DNA from: Macrostomum hystrix
Lineage: Eukaryota > Animalia > Platyhelminthes
Assembly (NCBI GenBank): GCA_950097015.1
Contig: CATNEN010000025.1
Location: 6,882,001-6,946,000, forward strand
Reading direction: 5' to 3'
DNA length: 64,000 bases
The position numbers and the translations under genes are program-made. How positions within the stretch are numbered: position 1 is the first letter of the stretch; every line of letters starts with the position of its first letter. The notes beneath the pieces were generated by a model that saw only the letters and a list, made by a program, of their open reading frames with translations, made no database searches and was not told where the DNA came from. Below, piece after piece: positions 48,321 through 60,053 of this stretch.

Positions 48321-49622
48321 TTCAGTAGTTTAAAATATATAATCAGACCTAAAACAACTGTTGAGCTCTTAAAAGTATGCAAAACCAAAAATGTTATGAA
48401 ATAAAGCGGAATCTTAATGCTAAAAGCAAGAAGGAGATCAACATTAAAGTCGTTCCTCTTAACGTCAATATATCGCATTGACTAATAACGATCTAGCGTA
48501 TTATAAAGATCAAAAGATACTGTTATAACAAAACCATTTATTCACTTTTTTCGTTTTTCTGTTTAAAACAGATAAATAAATAATTTCAACTACTTTATAT
48601 TCCTTTAGAGCTAACAAAATTTCCTCATTAAAAGTTTTGTGGCTAGTTGTTTAGTTTCAGTTTCAGTTTTTCTTTCTTTTTATTTCTTTAAATCTGCGCC
48701 ATTCTTATGCCCATGCACATCTAATACTTTTTTGTTTATTGGCACTTTCAGAAGCAGTTTGTCCTTTTAAATGAGCAAAGCATATAGTCATTCATATCAA
48801 AACAGATAGTACGCTGCCAAATCACAGTAAATCTTAAAGCACTGAAGACAATTTTACAACACTGAAAAATAAAATTTGTCGTTTAGCACACTTTGTGGCA
48901 TAATTATCATTGTATTAAATCCCAAATAATATATTGTTTAGAAAATATTCTAGCTTATTTAGATGTTTGACAGCTAAAATGTCTACTGACTGTCATGTAT
49001 ATCGTTTATTTAGTAATATTGTACGAGTATATATTTGCCTCTGAGCTGTTATTAGAGGGTAGAGATATCCTCAAGATGCATTGCCTTAAAAAAAAATCTA
49101 CCTGTGGCTTCACCATGGCAGTATATTAGTGATAGTAATGATCTACTTAATAAGTGATTTGTTTATTTTGTCAATCAAAATATATTTTTCCACTTGTCTT
49201 TTTTATAATGGACTATGATTCAAGCTAGAAATATATACTTAAGTACTCTTAATAGTCCACTATTTCCAAAATCGAAAGTTTTGATAATTACATTGATTTT
49301 TCAAACTTTATTTAGCTTTTTTATTATTAACTTTAAATGGATTTATAATGGATTATACAATAGTGTTTTACTATAGGAAACAAGATCTAGCCCTCCAATG
49401 CTAGCAGCTTGTGTGACAGCACATTTTTGCAGATTTGTAGATGATGCACTTATTTTATTTCAAGTTGAATTTTTCTTATTTTTGCATATAAAGTTATTTC
49501 GTTTTTCCTTGTCTTACTTTGGAAACATTTTATACTTTTATAAAGGAATGTTTTTGTTAAGCTATATATACAGCATGCATGCTTGTTGTACAATTTCACT
49601 CGCAGTCTCCTCAGTCCATCTC

Positions 49623-52600
49623 ATGAGCCACTGGAATTCTGAATCTTTTTTGTCCCGGGCACTGGAGGAGCCAGTTGAACCAGCTTCTCATCACAAGTCC
49701 CGACCACTTGATGCAACCTTAGCAACTGTTGGCAATCATGACCAGTTGCAAGGTACACTGGTCCCAGCATCTGGTCCTGGTCATCATGGCAGCGACGCTG
49801 ATCAGGAAGCCTGCTATACCTCTCTGCTAGGCATGGCTGAGAGATTTCGTCTTGTTGGAAACTATCGCCTTTGCCTGCACTGCTTGAAGGCTGCCTTGCA
49901 TTGCCGACTGACCGAATTACAACAGGCTTGGTGCGTGCGGGAAGCTGTTTTGCCATTTGGGTAGAATGATGACCTTCAGTGTGTTTGACAATTGATGATG
50001 GCCAAATGAAATTATCACGGAAGAATATAACTAAACTAAGATTTGGGTGGGAAAATAGCCAAGTAAAGATTCAAGGTCGGCAATGACCGATTCAAGATTA
50101 GGGTAGGACAATGACCAATTGAAAATTCAGGTAAGATAATGACCGATTGAAAATTCGGGTAGGATAATGAACGATTGAAAATTCGGGTAGGACAATGACC
50201 GATTGAAGATTCCAGTTGAATAATGACCGAGTGAAGATTCGGGTTGGATAATGACCAAGCGCCGACCTCATCCCAGGACCAACCTGCACATTGGTCGGCT
50301 ATTGATGCTGCACGCCGCGTTGTCGTGCCAGGACAAGGCGGCGCAACACCTCGAGGCTGCTTGGAAGGTCCGGTCGTCAGTTATTTCCGCTGATTCGGCC
50401 GACCTTCTGGCCGCATGCCTTCAGGCCGCCGACCTTCTAGCCGATCTGTACTCCGCCAACGAACAGTTGAGTGGAGCTTTTCGACTGCCGCAACTGCTTG
50501 AAGAGGCCGCCAGGCTCAGCCAGCACCTGCCAGAGTGGTGAGCCGACGGGAAATCCCTCAATGCCTTGGGATTTACAGAATCCCAATTCAATAAATCTTC
50601 CTAATCATTGAAATCCCAATTCAGTAAGTCTCCCGAATAATTGAAATCCCAATTCAGTAAATCTCCTGAATCATTGAAATCCCAATTCAGTAAGTCTCCC
50701 GAATCATTGAAATCCCAATTCAGTAAATCTCCTGAATCATTGAAATCCCAATTCAGTAAATCTCCCGAATCATTGAAATCCCAATTCAGTAAATCTCCTG
50801 AATCATTGAAATCCCAATTTATTAAATCTCCCGAATCATTGAAATCCCAATTCAGTAAATCTCCCTAGTCATCAATATAATGGTTATATAAAATTCCTAA
50901 ATTTCCTTAATTTATTAAGTGCCAAATTTCCTCCCATATAATTAAATTTTCCAAGATAGTAAAAATCCCTCTTCGCTGAATCTCCAAAATGACAGGTACG
51001 GCCGGTTCCTTCTCAAGCAGGCTCAGTGCCTGAGCTCTTCGGATCCGTCCAGAGCCTGCGAACTGCTGGCGCTGGGCTCCCAGTATGCCCAGCAACACGG
51101 CAGCGAGTATGCCAGGGGCCTCTTCTTATTGGCCAAGTGCGTGCCCCTGCTAGCCAATAGGCAGCTGGCTGAGGTGCATAACACCCTCACTGTGGCATCC
51201 AAACTGGTTGACCAGATGCCGCAACGGAGGCGACAGGAGGCGCTGAGGACCTTCTCCCTGCTAATCCAGGTGATGAGGCATGTCTGTAGATATCACTGTC
51301 TGTAGGATATCACTGTCTGTAGACATCACTGTCTGTAGACATCACTGTCTCTAGATATCACTATCTGTAGATATCACTGTAGATGTCACTGTCTGTAGAT
51401 GTCAACTGCCTGTAGATATCACTGTCTCAAGACATCACTGTCTGTAGATGTCACTGTCTGTAGACGTCAATGTCTGTAGATGTCACCGTCTGTAGATATC
51501 ACTGTCTGTAGATATCACTGTCTGTAGATATCACTGTCTGTAGATGTCACTGCCTGTAGACATTGTATATTCGATGGTCCGAAGATAAATGATTGTACTT
51601 TTATTAATTGAGCTATAAAGTGAATGGATGCAGTACGCAACAAACTGCAGGTGCTGAACAGTCTGGTAGCCGGCCAAGCTAAGCAGGCCAGGCCAATCCT
51701 GCGCCAGCTTCAACGCTCCGTACAATCTTATTCGGCTATGCAAGATGAGGCCGCGGCGGCTGCGGATGCTTCTACAACAGCCTCGGGTTCAACTTCGGCT
51801 TCGGGTGCCGCTTCCGAGGCCACATCGGGCATTGTGGCTGACGTTGGCGACGAATTGGAAGCTTTGGGACAGTTGGAATGGCTAAGTAGGGAACAGCTGT
51901 CTGTGCTCACCTACCTGCTCACACTGCTGCACTGCACACAGGAAGCCACCTATGACAAGGTGACTGGTTTGGCGATCTGGGCTTGTGTGGGAATGCTATT
52001 ATAAAGCCATTTATTTTCACGCATAGAATTATTTCACCTACGCAAGGTGCGCCGATACGCTGACAAGGCTCTGATGCAGCTGGAGAAGTTGCGAGCAGTT
52101 GTTGACAATGGCGGCTATGGCAGCAGCGGCAATGGCGGTGGCAATCGGTTGTTCATTACACTGCAGTTGTGCGTTCAGGTGAGTCAACTGGCCCGAAGTT
52201 AATCTACCAACATAGATCCTCATCAACTGACTTAGATACTCATCTTCCGATCCAATTTGATCCTCATCTACCAACATAGATCCTCATCAACGGACTTAGA
52301 TACTTATCTTCCGATCCAATTTGATCCTCATCTACCAACATAGATCCTCATCTACCAACATAGATCCTCATCTACCAACATAGATCCTCATCTACCAACA
52401 TAGATCCTCATCTACCAACATAGATCCTCATCTACCAACATAGATCCTCATCAACTGACTTAAATACTCATCTATCAACTTAGATCCTCATCTACCAACT
52501 TACATCCTCATCTACCAACTTAGATCATCTACCAACTTAGTTCCTCATCTACCAATTTAAAGTCCCTAATATCCGCATTTTTTACAATCTACAAACAGCT

Positions 52601-54613
52601 GATCAAAATGCACTATTAAATTCTTAGTTTCTGCCCGTTCCCTTTAACTCCTCCTCCAGGAGCAGCTATTTCAGTGTAGCTTAGTGTCAGGCGACCGCCC
52701 GGGCGCCCTGTCCGATCTCGCCGCCTGTGTCCGCCTGTCCGAGTGCCGTCCTATGCGTCGCCGGGCCGCCCACACCCGCTGCATGCTGGCACTGTACAGC
52801 ATGTGTACCAACTGCCTCGGCGCGGCCGAGAGTCAGCTTCGGCGTGCCCTGGCCGAGCGGCCCCGGACTGATCTGCTGCATCTAGTGCAGCTCAACCTGG
52901 CACTGCTGATGCTGCGGCAAAATCGGCTGACCGACTGCCAGTCTGTGCTGGACGAGTTCCGCCATCCTGATCCGCCGCACGGCCTGCGCGCCGCCAGTCA
53001 CTGGGTTCGCGGCCTCCTGGCCTTCATGCTGGGTGACTTCGCACAGGCCAAGTGAGTTCCGGCGTCTGTGTTTGAGTTCTCCAACATTCTCAACGCTTTG
53101 AGTCCTCCTGGGTTCTCAACGTTTCAGTCCTCCTGGGTTCTCAACGTTTCAGTCCTCCTGGGTTTAGTAGATCTGAGTCCTACTAGATTTTAAAGGTTTG
53201 AGTTCTCCTAGATTTTAAAGGTTTGAGTTCTCCTGGTTTCTCAACGTTTGAGTCACACTAGATTCTCAAAGTTTGAGTTCTCCTGGGTTCTCATCGTTTG
53301 AGTCCTCCTAGATTCCCAAGGTTTGAGTCCTACTAGATGCCTTCAGTTATCTCCTAAATCATAGTCAATCGTTAAGGATGCAGTAGCTGAGTTGTCAAAA
53401 CTTCGGATCCTTGAGCAAGACAAGCAGTTCCGCACTGCTTCTCAATAATATCATTCTACCTTACTGTAAGTAGTTGAATTCGCTTACGACTAGTTATATT
53501 CTGCAAGGCCTGATTTTGAAATTTACTGAACTCACCCATGCAGAGTGTACATACGCGAGTGCCTCAAGCTAGCAAATATGGAGAATCTCAAGCGCATGCT
53601 CACCTGTTCACTGATTGTCCTGGGTCAAATACACTTCGCCACTGGACAGTACGACGAGGTTAAGAATGTAGTTGGCACAGCCGTTCAGCTGGCCGACCAA
53701 ATGCCTGATGAGGCTGTGCAGCTGTGGGCCAGCACCCTAATGCGAGACCTCTACAGAGCCGAAGGCAACTCTGCTCTAGAGGCCAGCTATGCTCAACAGT
53801 GCTCAGCCCTGTTGCAGAAGTATCAATTAAGCATTGAGAGGGCCACAGCTCAGCCGGAGCACCAGCTGGTCTATGTGAGTTCTGCTTTCATTTTTCAATC
53901 AATGGATTAACATTTTTCTTTTTTGTTCAGAAAGTCTTGTCACTGTTCTTCATTATTATTTTCATCATTAATTTGTTTTTCCTAGGGGCACAAATTTTTC
54001 CCTTACGTTAAAAATCGAACTCCTGGCGTCACTTGACTAAAGGCTCTTTGATTACAGGCTGATTTGTTTGCACAGAAAACCAGTTGGAGCTTGTGACTGC
54101 TCAGTGTCCGTTTATTTATAGACGCACGCTCAGCCAATCGCGGTAGTTCTAGAAGGTTCAGAAAGTTCTAGAAAACACGTACATGAATAAATTATAGTCG
54201 AAGTTTAGCACTACACTACTAATAGCGGCAGTACAAGTAAAAACGCTTATCGCATTCGGTTTCAGTCAACACATCACTGATTTCGTGCTTTTAACATCCT
54301 ACTATAAGTAGCCAAGTAGTGAAAATTGCTACGATTTTTGTTCAAACACTTGAACTACTCGCAGTGGCTGGAAGGTCAGGTGCCGGATTTCAGCGGCGCA
54401 ACTTCGGCAGAATCGGCCAGTGCCGCAGCATCCAGCTACATTGGCGTCGCTTCCATGAGCTACAGCAGCAGCAGCAGCCATGCCAACGCCGGGGTTGGCA
54501 TCAGCGGCTTGATGCAACCAGCGGCCGCTTCGTTGTTCTCCTGCTTGCCAATGGCCGGCGCAATGCTACTGGGACCGGGGCCCAGTCACCAAGCTGGTGG
54601 TGGCTACGACTGA
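49623..54613 (+). CDS. MAU2: MAU2 (Scc4) cohesin loader subunit, 8 exons: 49623-49930, 50277-50537, 50996-51269, 51651-51959, 52047-52178, 52660-53051, 53544-53874, 54365-54613 (about 751 aa)
   Basis: Matches remembered MAU2 segments: YTSLLGMAERFR..RLCLHCLKA, GSEYARGLFLLAK, WLSREQLSVLTYL, RYADKALMQLEKL, LRAASHWVRGL, LKRMLTCSLIVLGQI, MPDEAVQLWASTLMRDL. All junctions are GT-AG and phase-consistent. Confidence 0.95.
50060..50245. repeat. Intronic about 28-bp repeat AATGACCGATTGAAAATTCGGGTAGGA (MAU2 intron 1)
   Basis: Tandem units read directly. Confidence 0.9.
50580..50868. repeat. Intronic 33-bp repeat TCATTGAAATCCCAATTCAGTAAATCTCCTGAA (MAU2 intron 2)
   Basis: Tandem units; 11-aa repeat ORF in the track. 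Confidence 0.95.
51283..51560. repeat. Intronic 16-bp repeat GATATCACTGTCTGTA (MAU2 intron 3)
   Basis: Tandem units read directly. Confidence 0.95.
52200..52560. repeat. Intronic 20-bp repeat TAGATCCTCATCTACCAACA (MAU2 intron 5)
   Basis: Tandem units read directly. Confidence 0.95.
53080..53340. repeat. Intronic about 25-bp degenerate repeat TTTGAGTCCTCCTGGGTTCTCAACG (MAU2 intron 6)
   Basis: Tandem units read directly. Confidence 0.9.
54006..54296 (-). mobile_element. Possible solo LTR (291 bp) in MAU2 intron 7
   Basis: Terminal inverted ends (C)GTTAAAA..TTTTAACA; the minus strand starts TGTT and carries TATAAATAAA. Flanks CCTTA/TCCTA are not a perfect TSD. Confidence 0.4.
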
Positions 54614-56579
54614 ATATCACTTATGAAATCCCGCTTAGATCCCTTTTAATTATAAGCCGATTATTTCTTTGCATCCAACGAATTGTCTTTTTTAACATTG
54701 CCTACCTGTTTAGCCTGTATTTTTTAGCTGTTTTTTGGATTCTATAATAGATTTCATTTTTTAGATCGATAATTCAAATGTCGATTGTTGCATGCACATT
54801 GCTTTTAATCCTTATTTGTACTTTTATTTATCTATTTTTCTCTCACTGAGGCAGCTAAACATGACTAAAGAGAATTGTCTCACTAATATACTCGTAGTTT
54901 GTTAGTATACATCATTTCTAGCATTATTTTTTTCTTATTGGGTCACACCGCAGCTTGTAACCATGCGCTCGCTAAAGCTTGGAGGTTGTGCCATAGACTA
55001 TCAAATTGTTGTATGTCTCCTCTCTCTTCACCACTGCCTCTTCATCTATTCTTAACATATTTCTATTTCTTTTTTTAATCTGTCTAATATTTAAAAACCA
55101 TTTAGTTATGGTTTCAACGGCCATACATTTTAGCTATTAATGTGTTAGCAGCAGTATCATTATTAGCCAATAAAATTTCTAACCTGTCTAATTTTCTTGC
55201 TTTTATCGCAAAGACCTTCTACAAGTAATTTAACAAGTATAGTTGCTTATCTGTAATCATGATTGCGTTTCTTGTACACAATAGCTTGAGCTCTTTTGCT
55301 CATATCAAATCCTGGTATTTTCGTGTCGTCTTGTATAAAGTTTAAGCTTTTAAATTATGTTTATAATTCTACGAGGTAATGATGGAAAGTTTTAAAATTA
55401 CTACTTAATGTCGATTGGGGAGTAGTATGGTTTGCGTATGCAATTGGCATTATAGTTAATGCTCTCCCATGTGCACAATTTCAGTATTTTCGATTCGCTT
55501 GAATATCAAATCTCCACTAGAATTTTGCCTTCGAATTATTTGTGAGGCCTGAATTTGCTTAATCAGTTTGTGTGTCGATTCTTTGCTGTTTTAAATAGGA
55601 GCTCTCTTTTATTTAGTATAACCTGCAATTGAACAAATTCAGTATAATCTTTGCATAACAAATTAACATTTCACTTTTTTCGAGTTTTTTATCCAATGCT
55701 TTATGATACTAGTCAAGACAATAAGTGTGTTTATACTATTATTATATTTTTAACAAACAACCGCTTTCTACTTGTCAGTTAGTGCGCTCTAGTCAGCTTG
55801 ACAAGCATGCTACCCTAATATTAGTAATTTTGAAGTCCAGGCTCTACTTACAGAGTGCACAGATGAGCAGCGCAAATATCCTACAAAAATATGCATAAAT
55901 ATAACTAATCCATATCATTCTTAACATTATTGTTGTTTGCCATCGTCATGACAGTAAATTATAAACTTAAAATTTGTTAATCGTAGTTTTATTATTTTAA
56001 TTGTACAGTTTCTATCGATTCTATATCACCATTCTCTTTCCTGCTGTATTTCCACGGTGCTAACAACTTTTTAAAAAATAACATCATTCATTCACCGTTA
56101 GTCACCTCACTTCGTCTTATTTGTCTTGTACAATGTACAGGCCACAGGTACATTGGGTTTCCTTCTCTACCATCTGCGCCATTTTTCGGCTAGCCGCGTA
56201 CATGGACCTCTACTTCGCTATGCCTGAGCCATTTTTCATTCGCTGATAGCCACCCCACTTGGCCTGACACAGTGTACATTTGGTTTCCTTCTCTACCCCT
56301 GCAGCATTTTTTCTTTCGCTGATAGCCACCCACTCTCCGTTATTTAGCAGGAACACTGTACATTGATATTTTCTTTCACTACCTTCTGTGTAAACCTCTA
56401 GCTTTCTTGTCATAAGTCGATTATACACAAAATTAAGTGTGTGTGTCGATTCACTCAATGTAAAAAAGTGTAAATTAAATAATCGGAAAAGCAGTAATTT
56501 TCGGCTACACCCGCGCGTGCGTTAGTAGCACAGAACAGGGCCGATACTCTCAATTTAATTAGATTGATAAAAAAGCTTG

Positions 56580-56940
56580 AATTATCGAGGTTAGAATGTA
56601 TTATCGAAGGGGTTGCATTATTTATCGAGAGGGTCGCTTGGTTTAATGAGGGGGTAGCATGATATATTGAGACGGTAGCATTTTTTCAATGCAGTAACAT
56701 GATTTTACAAGGGATTAGCATGATTAATTAAGGGTGTAGCATAAATTATCTACCGGATAGCAAAAGTTATCGACGAAACAGTAGGTATTGGTGAGGGAAG
56801 TTCATCAAATGTTGAGAGTGGCACGATTTATTGTGGGGATAGCATAAATTATCCAGGGTGTAGCAAGCTTTGTCGAGGGATAGCATGATAGATCAAAAGG
56901 GTAGCATGATTTATCGAGTAGATATCAAGTAAAGATAAGC
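56580..56940. repeat. Degenerate about 20-bp repeat (GGATAGCATGATTTATCGAG-like)
   Basis: Recurrent TAGCATGAT and TTATCGA segments. Confidence 0.7.
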
Positions 56941-57030
56941 AGAGTGGTAAAGTTGCATATTAAAAATTCTTCTTCTTCTCAGGGCTTTAAAGGGTGATCT
57001 TTTTACCCTAAATGGGGTTTTGGTTGCTAG

Positions 57031-57160
57031 TCTAATATACTAAAAATGAAATGTTCGCTTGCTTGCTTGCTTGTTAGTAATCGAATTTCTCGCGAACGGC
57101 TCAACCGATTTTCACAATTTCTTCACCAAAAAAGCCAAATATGGGGACACATATACACGT
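57031..57160 (+). mobile_element. Non-autonomous Helitron-like 5' end with a (GCTT)n microsatellite; 3' end not located
   Basis: TCTAATATACTAAAAATGAAATG-(GCTT)n-..GAACGGCTCAACCGATTTT resembles the 5' termini of microsatellite-carrying non-autonomous Helitrons; immediately preceded by CTAG. Confidence 0.45.
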
Positions 57161-57874
57161 ATTTTTATTAAGCCTGACTTATTGCTAAATAGAGGAGTAA
57201 ATATTTGTAAAACTGTATTAGATTTTTAATGCTTTCAATCAGAGCCAGTTTGTCAACGTACATACCACTGCCATTTTTAATGATTGCATCAGGGCCAGTT
57301 TTGTTAAGTGAGTACTTCCTGTCACTGTCAAATGTGCATAGCTGTGTCAACCCCACTGGCGAATAGTTAGTGCGAATTTATAAATAGATTTCATCACAGC
57401 TTTTCTCGCCAAAATTCAAATTCAAACCAAAATTACGAGTATTTTTCGAGCACAGCTACAAGCTTTAGTACATTCAAAACTAAACAAAGACTTTAGTTCT
57501 CTGCTAAAGGGGCTCATTTTTTATCTACTAAAGGGAGCATATTATATGTTCTCTGCTATAGAAAGTAACATCATTCTCTTCTAAAGGGGGTATTGGTTGC
57601 CTGCTGAAGGGCATTGGTCTTGCAGTAACCTTCTTAGAAGGTTGACCTTATTTTCTATAAATATTTTCTGGTATGATCAGTTATGTTTTCCATTCCTAGT
57701 TGATCAGCCCGCTTAGAAACTGGCTCCTCAAAACTTTCTACTGCGCTAGCACTCTTGACCTTGCTGCAGTTAGTGAACCGCGACCAACCAGTTCTAGACA
57801 CAAGTCTGTTTGTCGGTATTAAAAGATGTGGACCAGAATAACGAGCAATATGCTTTAAGGTATTGACTCACACT

Positions 57875-58230
57875 CACTCTGCATCCACTGCCTACTCTCA
57901 ATCTGCATCCGCTGTCTACTATCACTCTGCATCCGCTGTCTACTATCACTCTGCATCCGCTGTCTACTATCACTCTGCATCCGCTGTCTACTATCACTCT
58001 CCATCCGCTGCCTACTCTCAATCTGCATCCGCTGTCTACTATCACTCTGCATCCGCTGTCTACTATCACTCTGCATCCGCTGTCTACTATCACTCTGCAT
58101 CCGCTGTCTACTATCACTCTGCATCCGCTGTCTACTATCACTCTGCATCCGCTGTCTACTATCACTCTGCATCCGCTGTCTACTATCACTCTGCATCCGC
58201 TGTCTACTATCACTCTGCATCCGCTGTCTA
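57875..58230. repeat. 24-bp minisatellite CTCTGCATCCGCTGTCTACTATCA
   Basis: Tandem units; 8-aa repeat ORFs in the track. Confidence 0.97.
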
Positions 58231-58939
58231 CTCTCCCTCGGCTGTCCAGTCTATCTGCTTCAATCTGTTGATGCCAGACTAGTGATAACGTAAGTCTAGA
58301 TAAATGTCCGTGTTTGTGTATTCCGCAACTTCCGTTTATTAATCAGGATCCTAGACCCTAGGCTGTGCTAGCTTCCTTCTCTTTTTCTAAAATAGAACTC
58401 TTCCCCTTGTCCAGACTCTGGCTCGAAGCGGAGTCATAATTTTTTTCATCCTGAAAAGTTTCAGGGACGCAGCCATGGGTCGGTTGGGGCTCCGTTCTAG
58501 AGTTATTAAAGTTTTTTTCTGTAGGCTTGTTATGCCAAGCTCGTGTCCGGGAGCTTCTAGTCTTAGACACGGCCGCGGCATGAACAGATTGGTGTTTGAG
58601 TGCCGCCGGCGGCCCAGATACTGGGGCAATCAAATTAACACTGGCTTCGGTTGGATCTGCTTTGGAGCCAGGCGGTTAAAGAGGCAAAGAATGGCTGTTT
58701 GGCGATCGCGTGATCCGGGAGGGATAGAACGGCGTTTCCATCCGCTTTGCCACCGTCTGTACCTGTCTGCACTGGTTGGCGATAAACGTGCCGAAGTTGA
58801 ATTAAATGCGGCGTGCTTCCGTCTGTGGAAGCTGCATTATTATTCGCTAAGCTAGGCCAGGTGTGGGGTACTGACTGAGTTCGGCGCGAATCGTAGTCTA
58901 TTTTATACTCGTATGGAGACTTGCTGTAGGCAAGAAATC

Positions 58940-59010
58940 ACAGCCATCAATCTGGCCTGACTTTCTGATTGTCAGGCATTGTACACTCACTGCGTTTGGG
59001 GTTGTCCCAA
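58940..59010 (-). mobile_element. Short SINE family A central-hairpin fragment
   Basis: ATCTGGCCTGACTTTCTGATTGTCAGGCATTGTACACTCACTGCG matches the central hairpin of family A. Confidence 0.6.
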
Positions 59011-60053
59011 ATGTGCGAGAGCCAGAGCATCAGTCCTTCGATAAACAACTTTGATCTATGACCGGTGCTTTGAGTGAATGCAATGATTTTTGTGTTCAAT
59101 CCAAGCTCTTTATAGACTTTCACTGGATGTCACACACTATTCCCGCTTCTAGTTCTCTCTGATTTTGCTAGGATCGCAGCTGAACAGAGTTGAGAATATC
59201 TCTAATTAAAGCGCGACCTTGTCAGTCTTGGTATTTAGCTTGATATTCGACTGGATGACAAGAAACATGAGATTCCCTGCCAACCGACGAATGAAATTGA
59301 ATGAAATTGAACTCAACTTTTGATGTTGGTTGACATTGTCAAAGCTTAATTTGGTGTGTCCTCATGCGAGGGCTGTTCGAAAGGTGTTATGCACAACTTT
59401 ACCCAGCCTCTGGTTGATCTTGCAGCATAAAAATCGAATGCGATTGATGGGTGCTAGAAGCAGGCGACTTAAGAAGGCTGGTTATGAAGGCTGGCTTGAA
59501 TGGTGTTGATGATCGGACAAAGACAAAATTCTATGCTATACGAGTAATTTTACTGCAAGACAGTGACCTATTCAAGGCTGATTGCAATAAAATCACGACA
59601 GAAATTTGTCCGAACAGCCGATTATTACAGCCGACGATTTTTTTTAAATCGTCCTTGTCTTAAAAAGTAACGAAACGGTCAATGACTCGCTTCGTCTCGC
59701 TGAACACTGCTAAGCAGGGACAAAGTCGAACTCGCAAAAAACTCCAATTTTTGTTGTAAGCGCTTTTGTTGCATCTTACTTCAGTCACAATGCAGTTTAT
59801 TTTGCTTTATTTAGGCTTAATTTTGCTACTATCAGGTGTGACATTCTGCAATACAGGTGTCAAGCATGTCTGCCGTTCTGCGGGAAGTTAAGAATGTTTT
59901 CTGATGCCATCCCGGGCGCTGATCAAATGGAGCAGAGTTTGTGGGTCGGCGCAGTGTGCCATGACCAAATCTAAGCGATAAAAGTCCTTCTCTTTGGGTG
60001 GGAGAGGCGAGAGACAGACAGAGGGCTGTTAAATTCGAGAGTGGGTAAGAAGC

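Noticed and set aside
55100-55700. Degraded ORF-like minus-strand segment
   Set aside because: Many stops and no identifiable domain; cannot be supported as a pseudogene.
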